This document shows positions 18,589-27,019 of a stretch of 64,000 nt of DNA, piece by piece (the first letter of the stretch is position 1; every line of letters starts with the position of its first letter). This DNA comes from Thermovirga sp. (lineage in GTDB: Bacteria; Synergistota; Synergistia; Synergistales; Thermovirgaceae), in the NCBI RefSeq assembly GCF_017656375.1, contig NZ_JACDOB010000005.1, positions 1,719 through 65,718 on the forward strand, written 5' to 3'. Made by a program: the position numbers and the translations under genes. The notes beneath the pieces are model-generated. The model was not told the DNA's origin and made no database searches. It was given only the letters and a program-made list of their open reading frames with translations.

Positions 18589-18625
18589 AATGAGTGGCAA
18601 GAGAATCTCTTGCCACTCATTTTTT
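18589..18625. terminator. 15-bp hairpin plus T5; intrinsic terminator shared by convergent genes
   Basis: AATGAGTGGCAAGAG (18589-18603) pairs with CTCTTGCCACTCATT (18607-18621), followed by TTTT. Confidence 0.8.
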
Positions 18626-19534
18626 ACGTAAAAAAGATTTTATGTTGTTCTCTAATATTATGGCTATTACTGCAATAACTATGAGACTGCCCCCTATAAC
18701 AACTCCTATGGAGGGCTTTTCTCCCAGCAAAAAAAAGGCAAAACATCCCGCAAAAACTATCTCGGTCATAGAGGTTAAAGAGGCTACGACACTCGGAATG
18801 TGCCTAAGAGCCATACTAATCAGAGCATAAGATAAAACTGTAGGAAACAGAGCCAGGTGCAAGACAGCAGCCCACCCTTTCAGGGACAAATTTCCCAGAT
18901 CCGGGATTTCGCCTCGCACAAACATGATCAAACCCATTATCAAGGTACCCCAAATGAACATTTGCACAAAGGTCTTCAATGGTTCCTTGTTTCCTGTTCC
19001 ATAACGGGTATTTATCATATAAAGGGAGTAGCCTACTCCAGAAGCCACTGCAAAAAACGCCCCAGACAGTTTAAATTGGCCGCTCAAGGGGCTGCCTACA
19101 GCAAACCACACCCCCAGAAAGCCCACTAGGACCACCATAATCCTAAAAATGGTTATTCGCTCTTTTCCTAGAAGGGCAGCTATTATTATCGTCCAAAAGG
19201 GGTTCGTATAAAACAAAAGAACCGTTAGGCTGACAGGAATAGTTACGAAAGCTATATTAGAAAAGTAAAGCACAAAAACGACGCCAAACAAACCGACTAA
19301 CGCAAATTTTAGAAACTCTCTACCTCTGATTAAAAGAGCTTGGGGGTTCTTTACACTTGCATAAATAACTGCCACAAAGGCAGTGACAGCAGCCCTTATG
19401 AAAGAGACACCTGCTGGCGTAACGCCGTTTTCGAGCGCAACGCGCTCCATAGGCCCTAGAGTCCCAAAAAAGACTGTAGCAGCCAACATCATCAAAATGC
19501 CTTTCAAAAAATTTCCGCTCTCTTTATGACTCAC
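18617..19534 (-). CDS. EamA/DMT-family transporter
   Basis: 305 aa, about 10 TM, two EamA-like halves. Confidence 0.75.
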   Translation of the reverse strand: MSHKESGNFLKGILMMLAATVFFGTLGPMERVALENGVTPAGVSFIRAAVTAFVAVIYASVKNPQALLIRGREFLKFALVGLFGVVFVLYFSNIAFVTIPVSLTVLLFYTNPFWTIIIAALLGKERITIFRIMVVLVGFLGVWFAVGSPLSGQFKLSGAFFAVASGVGYSLYMINTRYGTGNKEPLKTFVQMFIWGTLIMGLIMFVRGEIPDLGNLSLKGWAAVLHLALFPTVLSYALISMALRHIPSVVASLTSMTEIVFAGCFAFFLLGEKPSIGVVIGGSLIVIAVIAIILENNIKSFLRKK

Positions 19535-20204
19535 TAGATAGCACCCTCACTTTATCTTCGCAAACAAGATAGGCTTTTTGAGGCAGGCTTTGCCAAAAAC
19601 CAGTCTCCACAACTCCAGGAATTCTTATCAGCTTTTCTTGGATCTCCAACAAGTCCGAGGGAGGATCCTCAAAATAGATATCCACCACAAAAGTACCTCT
19701 TTCGGTCACCAATGGACCATTCAAAGTATGGTCTCTGCGCAGGATAGGCTCTCCTGCTGTTTCGTATATCTTTTTCAAGGTTGCCATGAAACCAAAGGGC
19801 TCAATTTCTGCTGCGATGGGGCCCTTAAACCTCTTAAAACTCTCGACAAAGCCGTTCACATTTACTACCAATACACTTCTTGCAGAATTTGCAACTATTT
19901 TTCCTCCAAGGAGGTCGCCATTTACTTTTACAGCTTGTAAACTTGAATCAAGAACATCAACTTCTTCCACACAGAGATCGACCCCTCGATCGTCAAGATC
20001 CATAACAGGCACCCCACAGCTTTTGGCCAAACTCTTCGTCCTCTTAGAACATGGAACGCTCCATACATCAACAAGGTCTCCCCCAGAAATGCGCTGTCCA
20101 AGCTTTTGGATGAGAAAATCCACCACAGGTCCTGTACCCAAACCTATAAACATACCGCTTTGGATTTCTTCGATTATTTTTTCTACGGCAAGCAATTGGA
20201 ACAT
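19524..20204 (-). CDS. Ribose-5-phosphate isomerase A-like protein (divergent)
   Basis: GLGTGPVV (compare GTGST), PCSKRTKSLAKSCGVPV, C-terminal IPGVVETGF. The start is ATG 20204 or GTG 20222. It overlaps the EamA gene start by 11 nt. Confidence 0.6.
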   Translation of the reverse strand: MFQLLAVEKIIEEIQSGMFIGLGTGPVVDFLIQKLGQRISGGDLVDVWSVPCSKRTKSLAKSCGVPVMDLDDRGVDLCVEEVDVLDSSLQAVKVNGDLLGGKIVANSARSVLVVNVNGFVESFKRFKGPIAAEIEPFGFMATLKKIYETAGEPILRRDHTLNGPLVTERGTFVVDIYFEDPPSDLLEIQEKLIRIPGVVETGFWQSLPQKAYLVCEDKVRVLSSES

Positions 20205-20243
20205 TACAACATATTCCCCCACTCAAGCTTCATTATACAAATC

Positions 20244-20273
20244 TTTACAGATTTATTAAAACAAGAGTATAAT
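20244..20273 (+). promoter_or_regulatory. Sigma-70-type promoter for otsA
   Basis: TTTACA (20244-20249), 18 nt spacer, TATAAT (20268-20273). Confidence 0.5.
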
Positions 20274-20381
20274 ATAATGAAGATTGGTTTCCTTAATTTT
20301 TATAATAAAACAAATCTCATAAGCCCTTCTAGAAGTTTACAACATACTTGAGAAATTCTACTACCCGGGAGGAGGATTTGT

Positions 20382-21887
20382 TTGTCAAACCTAAAAGATA
20401 AAAATCGCTTCATAATAGTTTCAAATCGCCTTCCCATAAAGATGGAGAAAGAGGCTAACTCCTGGAGGGTAAGCCCTTCTGCTGGAGGGTTAGTTTCAGC
20501 ATTGAGCCCTATCCTCAAAAACAGAGGGGGCATCTGGATAGGCTGGACTGGAACAACAGAGCGTATAGGGTTAAGGCCTTGTCGGGAAATACTTGATAAT
20601 ATGTCGAAGGAAATAGGATATCGTATATTTCCGGTGATGTTAACAGAAAACGAAGTTTCTTTGTACTATTACGGCCTCTCTAATGAAATCATATGGCCTC
20701 TCTTTCACGATTTGCCAGGTCTTGCCAACTTTGACCCTACTTACTGGAGAGCATACCGCAAGGTCAATGAAAAGTTTGCGAGGGCCGTAGCAAGGCACAG
20801 CAGAAATGAAGATCTAGTATGGGTCCACGACTATCAGTTGATCCCGCTGGCTCAAAAACTAAAAGAACTAGGTATCGAAAGAAGATGCTTTTTTTTCCTG
20901 CACATTCCTTTCCCCTCTCCCGACATTTTCATGAAAATGCCTTGGCGATACGAACTTCTATCTGACCTATTGGAATATGAATTCATCGCATTTCAAACCG
21001 CTCAGGACCGAAGAAATTTCATAAGCTGCCTAAACAACATGCCTCAAAAACTCAAGACTTCCGGCAGAGGACCGGTAATTGAAGTTACAGAAGGGGAAAA
21101 GAAAATAAAAGTTGCTTACTTACCCATAAGTATTGATTTTAAGAGCTTTACGAGAATGGCCACCTCTGAAAAGGTCTGTGCCATGCTTAAAGATTACAAA
21201 AAGAAATTGCACAGAAAAACAGTGATCCTCGGAGTAGATAGGCTAGATTACACAAAGGGGATCCCTTTGCGGTTGAAAGCCTTTCAAATGGCATTAGAGA
21301 AATACCCGCAACTGCATGAAAACGTCACACTTGTGCAAATAGTTGTGCCAAGCAGGGAAGAAGTGCTTGCTTATAGTGAACTGAAAAACAACATAGAAAC
21401 GCTTGTAAGCAGCATAAACGGAACGTTTACTACTCCAGGATGGGTACCTGTACACTACATGTACCACCCGGTACCTAGAGAGGAACTTGTCGCCTTGTAC
21501 AGGCTCGCTGACGTGGCGTTGGTGACTCCCTTGAGAGATGGCATGAATCTGGTAGCAAAAGAATACTGTGCGTGCAAAATAGACAACGATGGCGTCTTAA
21601 TCTTAAGCGAATTTGCAGGAGCTGCCGCACAAATGTACCACCATGCCCTGATAGTGAACCCATATGATACAGAAAGAATGGCAGACCTTATCCTAAAGGC
21701 AGTAGAAATGCCAACAAAAGAGAAAAAGAGTCGCATGAGAAATTTAAGGAAAAAACTCAAGGAACAAGATGTTTTCTGGTGGGTGGACAATTTCCTGCGC
21801 GCTGCAACAGGCAAAGCCCTAGTTGACTTTCCCGAAAAAGAACTGCCTCCCATACTTTATGCCATTTCGCCTAGAGGAAGATCATAA
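20382..21887 (+). CDS. otsA: Alpha,alpha-trehalose-phosphate synthase (GT20)
   Basis: 501 aa. IIVSNRLP, GGLVSAL, NEIIWPLFH, VWVHDYQLIPLA, GVDRLDYTKGI, TPLRDGMNLVAKEY, ILSEFAGAA. Confidence 0.85.
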   Translation: MSNLKDKNRFIIVSNRLPIKMEKEANSWRVSPSAGGLVSALSPILKNRGGIWIGWTGTTERIGLRPCREILDNMSKEIGYRIFPVMLTENEVSLYYYGLSNEIIWPLFHDLPGLANFDPTYWRAYRKVNEKFARAVARHSRNEDLVWVHDYQLIPLAQKLKELGIERRCFFFLHIPFPSPDIFMKMPWRYELLSDLLEYEFIAFQTAQDRRNFISCLNNMPQKLKTSGRGPVIEVTEGEKKIKVAYLPISIDFKSFTRMATSEKVCAMLKDYKKKLHRKTVILGVDRLDYTKGIPLRLKAFQMALEKYPQLHENVTLVQIVVPSREEVLAYSELKNNIETLVSSINGTFTTPGWVPVHYMYHPVPREELVALYRLADVALVTPLRDGMNLVAKEYCACKIDNDGVLILSEFAGAAAQMYHHALIVNPYDTERMADLILKAVEMPTKEKKSRMRNLRKKLKEQDVFWWVDNFLRAATGKALVDFPEKELPPILYAISPRGRS

Positions 21888-21893
21888 AGCATA

Positions 21894-22295
21894 TTACTGG
21901 TCTTTTTCAATCTTTAATATCACCTCCCGTGTTCGGGGCCCATCAAACTCACAGAAAAATATTCCCTGCCATCTACCTAGCAAAAGCTTGCCACCTTCTA
22001 TTATCACTCTTTCACTTACACCTACAATGGAAGACTTGATATGAGCTGCAGAATTGCCCTCTATATGTCTATATCCATCTTCAAAGGGAATTACCTTATT
22101 TATTTCATTTATGAAGTCCACACACACATCTGGATCAGCAGCCTCGTTTATGGTTACAGCCGCCGTCGTGTGAGGAACAAATATTGTACAATACCCACTT
22201 TTTACACCACTTTTTTCGACGGCCATCCTTACTCTTTCTGTAATATCTATCATTTGTGTTCTTTGAGTGGACCTGACATTCAATTTCATCAACAT
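21894..22295 (-). CDS. yjbQ: YjbQ/UPF0047-family protein (secondary thiamine-phosphate synthase-like)
   Basis: 133 aa. IDITERV, TIFVPHTTAAVTINEAADPDV, GNSAAHIKSS. Confidence 0.8.
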   Translation of the reverse strand: MLMKLNVRSTQRTQMIDITERVRMAVEKSGVKSGYCTIFVPHTTAAVTINEAADPDVCVDFINEINKVIPFEDGYRHIEGNSAAHIKSSIVGVSERVIIEGGKLLLGRWQGIFFCEFDGPRTREVILKIEKDQ

Positions 22296-22374
22296 TGCGT
22301 CTACCTCCTAATCTAACTCGAGAGTACAATAAATGTATCTCAAATCTACACATAATAACAACCGGGGGGAAATC

Positions 22375-23121
22375 ATGAGCGTAACTTTGGTTTTTCACAG
22401 GGATTTATCGTATTTGCTAAAAAACCACAATGAAAGCAACAAACAAAGCACGGTAAGGACTCTTGACAGAATCGCATCGGTGAAGGATTTAATAGAATCT
22501 CAAGGCGTGCCTCATACAGAGGTTGGAAGTATAATTTCAAATGGAACAGATAAGTCCTTTGATTACATACCTGTGGATGGGGAAGTTATACACGTTTACC
22601 CTTTGACTCCTCCAGTAGATGTGGAAAAATCTACTCTTCTGAGAGAAAATCCAGTTAAGGAAATATCCTTTATAGTCGACGTAAATGTAGGAAGGCTTGC
22701 CAAGCTCCTCAGGCTTTTGGGGTTTGATACTCTATACAACCCTGATTGGTCAGACAAGGAGCTGGCAGGCATAGCCGTCAGGCATAATAAAATACTTCTG
22801 ACCAAAGATCGGGAACTTTTAATGAGAAAGACCGTAACATGGGGGAAATTGATACGCTCAATTTCCCCCTGGGAACAGCTATTCGAAGTAATACTGTTCT
22901 ACGGCCTGAAAGACCAAATTAAGCTTTTTTCGCGGTGCACATCTTGTAACAGCCTTCTTGTTCCTGTGACAAAAGAAAAAATTGTAGATCAGCTCGAGCC
23001 CCTTACCAGAATTATGTATAACGAGTTCACCCAGTGCCCCAAATGCGGTAAGGTGTTTTGGAGGGGCTCTCATCATCAGCATATTCTCAAAAAGCTGCAA
23101 AATATAATGACCACAAAATGA
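22375..23121 (+). CDS. Mut7-C (PIN-like) RNase-domain protein with an N-terminal ubiquitin-like domain and a C-terminal Zn-ribbon
   Basis: FIVDVNVGRLAKLLRLLGFDT, LLTKDREL, CTSCNS...CPKCGKVFWRGSH. ATG at 22375 after a GGGGGGA SD. Confidence 0.75.
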   Translation: MSVTLVFHRDLSYLLKNHNESNKQSTVRTLDRIASVKDLIESQGVPHTEVGSIISNGTDKSFDYIPVDGEVIHVYPLTPPVDVEKSTLLRENPVKEISFIVDVNVGRLAKLLRLLGFDTLYNPDWSDKELAGIAVRHNKILLTKDRELLMRKTVTWGKLIRSISPWEQLFEVILFYGLKDQIKLFSRCTSCNSLLVPVTKEKIVDQLEPLTRIMYNEFTQCPKCGKVFWRGSHHQHILKKLQNIMTTK

Positions 23122-23128
23122 TACAGCC

Positions 23129-24313
23129 TTATACCCTCGCGCAAGCCCACTTCCCTAGAGCTTCTGCTATCCTGCTAGCAGCTTCAGCTAAGACTTCCGG
23201 TTCTCGCACTAAAGCTATTCGAACATACCCTCGTCCCTTTTCTCCAAAAGCTCTACCTGGCGTCACAACTACCCCGGTTTCCCTTATGCAAAATTCGACA
23301 AAAGAAACATCATCATCACAATTAGGGACTTTTGTCCATATGAACATGCTGCCCATGGGAGGGATAACTTCCCAGCCCTTCTCCGCTGCCGATTGTATGA
23401 AGGCGTCCCGCCTATCCTGATACATTTGCCTTGTTCTTGCAATTATTGCATCCCTGTCAGGGTGAGTTAAAGCTTTTATGGCTGCTTTCTGAACAGGCAT
23501 AAACAGGCCGTAATCTATGTTGCCCTTCAATCGACCAAGGGCTTTTACAAATCTTTCATTTCCAACGACGAAACCTATGCGCATGCCTGCCATATTAAAG
23601 GTCTTTGAAAAGGAATTAACTTCCACTGCTACGTCTAAAGCACCTTCAACCTCTAGCACGCTGGGTGGCCTGAAACCATCGAAGGCAAGCTCGCAATAAG
23701 CATTGTCATATATAAGCCAGATGTCATGCTTTTTGCAAAACTTAACTGCATCCTCCAAAACATCCAACGTAGCTCCAACACCAAGGGGATTGTTGGGGTA
23801 ATTCAATACCAAAAACCGCGCCTTTTGCGCCACATCCTCTGGAACCCCAGAAAAATCCGGCATGAAGCCATTTTTTTCTTCCAGCGGCAAATTCCACGAG
23901 TGTCCGTCAACCATGTTAGGCATGTAGTGATAGATGGGGTAACCTGGATCAGGGAGGATACAAAGGTCTTCTTGCTCCATGGTCACTAACGGGAAGTGGG
24001 CAAATCCCTCCTGAGAACCCCAAAGGGGCAAAACCTGGTTTTCAGGCTCGAGAGAAACTCCAAACCTGTCCTTGTACCAATCAGCAATGGCCTCCGGCAG
24101 TTTGGGGTCAATAAAGGGATATTCGTAAGATTTATCCTCCTTGGCAGACTCCAAAAGTTCCTGGAGTATTGGGTTTTCTGGCCGCCTATTGGGACTTCCT
24201 ACCCCCAAGTTTATAATCTCTTTGCCATCCTTTCTCGCCTGGGCTATCCAATTCTGTAAAAGGCAAAAAACCCCCTCCTCACCTGCACCAACGCGATTCG
24301 CAATATACGGCAT
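23129..24313 (-). CDS. Class I/II PLP-dependent aminotransferase
   Basis: 394 aa. NYPNNPLG, SFSKTFNMAGMRIGF (PLP lysine), YVRIAL. Confidence 0.85.
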   Translation of the reverse strand: MPYIANRVGAGEEGVFCLLQNWIAQARKDGKEIINLGVGSPNRRPENPILQELLESAKEDKSYEYPFIDPKLPEAIADWYKDRFGVSLEPENQVLPLWGSQEGFAHFPLVTMEQEDLCILPDPGYPIYHYMPNMVDGHSWNLPLEEKNGFMPDFSGVPEDVAQKARFLVLNYPNNPLGVGATLDVLEDAVKFCKKHDIWLIYDNAYCELAFDGFRPPSVLEVEGALDVAVEVNSFSKTFNMAGMRIGFVVGNERFVKALGRLKGNIDYGLFMPVQKAAIKALTHPDRDAIIARTRQMYQDRRDAFIQSAAEKGWEVIPPMGSMFIWTKVPNCDDDVSFVEFCIRETGVVVTPGRAFGEKGRGYVRIALVREPEVLAEAASRIAEALGKWACARV

Positions 24314-24503
24314 ATATATTCCTCCCCTACTTCGGATTCACATATTGTACTGCAACTCTTTATCAAAACATACCACTATTTTGAAAGGCCTTCAATGGCC
24401 ACAAGTTTATCCTCTTCAACACGACAATAGGCCAAGGCTCTTTTCTAATGACAATGTGGAGGTGACAATATCACTGTCCGGTAACAAAACACAATTAGAA
24501 AGA

Positions 24504-24532
24504 TTGACACGGAGTATAAAACGTGATATAAA
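24504..24532 (+). promoter_or_regulatory. Strong sigma-70-type promoter
   Basis: TTGACA (24504-24509), 17 nt spacer with TG at 24524-24525, TATAAA (24527-24532). Confidence 0.6.
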
Positions 24533-24581
24533 CCCCCCAACAACATAAAGCATACAATTTGTTTTCGGAGGCAGAAATACA

Positions 24582-24677
24582 GTGAATAATCAAACTATCA
24601 GTATAAATAATAACAGCGCTTACAGCTTCTTCTTTTTTACCGGCACGGGTCCCGTTCGCAGGACTGGTGCCAGTTAG
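24582..24677 (+). CDS. Candidate leader peptide, 31 codons with a YSFFFF block
   Basis: GGAGG (24567-24571) lies 10 nt before the GTG at 24582. Translation V/MNNQTISINNNSAYSFFFFTGTGPVRRTGAS*, with TTC TTC TTT TTT at 24627-24638 and a TAG stop at 24675-24677. Below the ORF-track size cutoff. Confidence 0.5.
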   Translation: MNNQTISINNNSAYSFFFFTGTGPVRRTGAS

Positions 24678-24700
24678 GCGCTGGAACCAAGCGAACTGAG

Positions 24701-24731
24701 GGCCCCCACAGGGAAGTGGGGGCCTTTTTTT
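24701..24731 (+). terminator. Intrinsic terminator 33 nt upstream of the paaK-like start
   Basis: GGCCCCCAC (24701-24709) pairs with GTGGGGGCC (24716-24724), followed by T7. Confidence 0.8.
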
Positions 24732-24764
24732 ATACCTAATAATAAAATTTAGAGGAGGAGATAT

Positions 24765-26012
24765 ATGATGAAAGGAAAGGCCAAATCAAACAGGGAGAGA
24801 AAGCTTCGCGAGCTTGTGAAGAGAGTTTGGGAAAATGTCCCACACTACAGGGCAAAGATGGAGGATGTTGGAGTAACGCCTCATGATATATCCACCGCCA
24901 GAGATTTATGGAAACTCCCCTTCACGACGAAAGAAGACCTTAGAAATACTTACCCCTCGGGGCTTTTAGCATGTAGCAAGGAGAAAATTGTCAGATTTCA
25001 TGCATCCTCCGGGACTACTGGTAAACCAACGGTCGTAGCTTATACTAGAAATGACCTTCAAACATGGACTGATGCCATGGCTTCTTGTCTGAAAAGGGCA
25101 GGTGTAACTAGTAGTGATGTAGTACAAATAGCTTACGGATACGGCCTTTTCACTGGAGGGCTAGGGCTCCATTACGGTGCAGAGAAGTTGGGATGCGCTG
25201 TTATTCCCGCATCTGGTGGCTTTTCTGAAAGGCAATTGATGCTTATGGAAGACTTGGGCACTTCGGTTTTGGCGTGCACTCCTTCATACGCCCTTAAACT
25301 ATCCGAAATGCTCCAGCAAAAAAACAAGGCACTGAAGCTACGGCTAGGGATCTTTGGCGCTGAGCCCTGGTCCGAGACATTACGAAAGACCCTGGAAGAA
25401 AACTTGAAAATTACAGCCCTGGACGTGTATGGGTTGTCGGAAATAATGGGACCTGGTGTAGCCATGGAGTGCCCTGCTAAAATGGGCCTTCACCTTGCCC
25501 AGGACTTCTTTCTTGTGGAGATCATAAACCCTGAGACTGGGCAACCTGTAAAAGAAGGAGAAGAAGGGGAGCTCGTAATAACGACTTTAACAAAGGAAGC
25601 CCTACCCCTAATTCGATACAGGACAAGAGACATAACCAAAATTCTGCCTGGCAAATGTGATTGCGGCGACAGCAGTACGCGTATTGCCCGTATAAGGGGA
25701 AGATCTGACGAGATGCTCATCATAAGAGGAGTAAACGTCTTTCCTACTCAAGTTGAAACAGCTTTAGGCAAAACTTTTGGTCTTTCCTGCCATTACTATC
25801 TTGAGGTCACAGGCTCTGAGGGGCACAAGGATCTCCACGTATACTCAGAAATGCTGGAAAACCTTTCTCCTGAAGCAGAGGAACGCCTAAAGGCGAAAGC
25901 TATATCTAATCTGCACAATATTTTGGGCATAAGAGTTGAACTTCACCTTTTACCTCCTGGAAGCATAGAAAGAAGCGACGGCAAATCAAAACGGATAAGA
26001 AGTACACTATGA
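24765..26012 (+). CDS. paaK: Phenylacetate-CoA ligase (PaaK / F390-synthetase family)
   Basis: 415 aa. HASSGTTGKPTVV (AMP-binding P-loop), YGLSE, RYRTRD, RSDEMLIIRGVNVFP. AGGAGG SD. Confidence 0.8.
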   Translation: MMKGKAKSNRERKLRELVKRVWENVPHYRAKMEDVGVTPHDISTARDLWKLPFTTKEDLRNTYPSGLLACSKEKIVRFHASSGTTGKPTVVAYTRNDLQTWTDAMASCLKRAGVTSSDVVQIAYGYGLFTGGLGLHYGAEKLGCAVIPASGGFSERQLMLMEDLGTSVLACTPSYALKLSEMLQQKNKALKLRLGIFGAEPWSETLRKTLEENLKITALDVYGLSEIMGPGVAMECPAKMGLHLAQDFFLVEIINPETGQPVKEGEEGELVITTLTKEALPLIRYRTRDITKILPGKCDCGDSSTRIARIRGRSDEMLIIRGVNVFPTQVETALGKTFGLSCHYYLEVTGSEGHKDLHVYSEMLENLSPEAEERLKAKAISNLHNILGIRVELHLLPPGSIERSDGKSKRIRSTL

Positions 26013-26025
26013 AAAGGCAAGAGGC

Positions 26026-26976
26026 TTATTTCGCGGGGGAAGAGGCGCCCTTCTCCCGCTTTGCCCTACGTAAGGGCGTTTTCAACTTCCCCGGATCTGA
26101 GCGGTCAAGGGACATTAGAGCTATACCGGAAAGCACCATAGCACCTCCTAAGATCGCAGAGGTTTCAGGCTTTTCTGACAAAATAACGAAAGCCCACATC
26201 ATGGAAAAAGGAACCTCGCTCATAGTAGCAATCGATGCGGCATTGCCTGATATGAACCTCAACGACAAGATAAAAATGCCGTAAGGGATGAGGGTGCAAA
26301 ATATAGCAAGGTAAAGAAGCACAAACCAAGCTTTCAGAGGAAGATACAGCAAAACTCCCAATCGTCCAGAACAAACGGCCAAGACGGTCATCATGGCCGT
26401 CGCCACGAAAAAGGTCCTAGCATACATGCCCAATCTATCATCTCTTCCTGGACCGAAGTGCCCATTTAGAACATACATGGCGTAACCCACCGCAGCCGCA
26501 AGGGCAGCAATAAGGCCCACAAGGTCTAAGGTTCCTTCAGCTTTTGCTCCACCTACAGCTTTCCATATCCCCAATAAAGCCATCAAAAACGCCATAAGCT
26601 GCAGGAGGGTCACCTTGTGGCGCCCTAAAAGCCAGCTTCCAACCATTACCCAACAGGGAGCACTATAATATATGACCATGGAGAGCCCTATGGAGATTCT
26701 AAGAAAGGCCACATTGAGTCCCAAACTGCTCAAAAGCATGCCCGCAGAACCGAGGATGAAAAGTGGGCGCTTCCAGTTCCATGTCCCTACGCTCCGCTTT
26801 TTGATCACGAAAAACAAGACCAAAGAACATACGGCATATCTCACAAAATTGACAGTCACAACATCCAGGTTCCACTGGCTGGCTATTCTGAACGCTGGAC
26901 CCGTTGTACCCCACAATGAAGACGCCACAACGGCAAGCAAAAGCCCCAGCAAATACAATTTCTCACCCCCCGACAC
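26026..26976 (-). CDS. EamA/DMT-family transporter
   Basis: 316 aa, about 10 TM. 43 nt downstream of the acyltransferase gene on the same strand. Confidence 0.75.
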   Translation of the reverse strand: MSGGEKLYLLGLLLAVVASSLWGTTGPAFRIASQWNLDVVTVNFVRYAVCSLVLFFVIKKRSVGTWNWKRPLFILGSAGMLLSSLGLNVAFLRISIGLSMVIYYSAPCWVMVGSWLLGRHKVTLLQLMAFLMALLGIWKAVGGAKAEGTLDLVGLIAALAAAVGYAMYVLNGHFGPGRDDRLGMYARTFFVATAMMTVLAVCSGRLGVLLYLPLKAWFVLLYLAIFCTLIPYGIFILSLRFISGNAASIATMSEVPFSMMWAFVILSEKPETSAILGGAMVLSGIALMSLDRSDPGKLKTPLRRAKREKGASSPAK

Positions 26977-27019
26977 CCTTTATTGTACACTATTTAAGAT
27001 TCCGTGTCAGGGCAATACG

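Noticed and set aside
24141-24548. 135-aa plus-strand ORF in the aminotransferase/paaK divergent region
   Set aside because: Its first half is antisense to the aminotransferase N-terminus, and it runs through the promoter. It has no SD or motif.
24540-24735. Known riboswitch class in the paaK leader
   Set aside because: I compared it by eye with the glycine, ZTP, guanidine-I, c-di-GMP-I, preQ1 and T-box cores and found no convincing match. The Phe-codon leader ORF is the more economical reading, although a novel riboswitch cannot be excluded.
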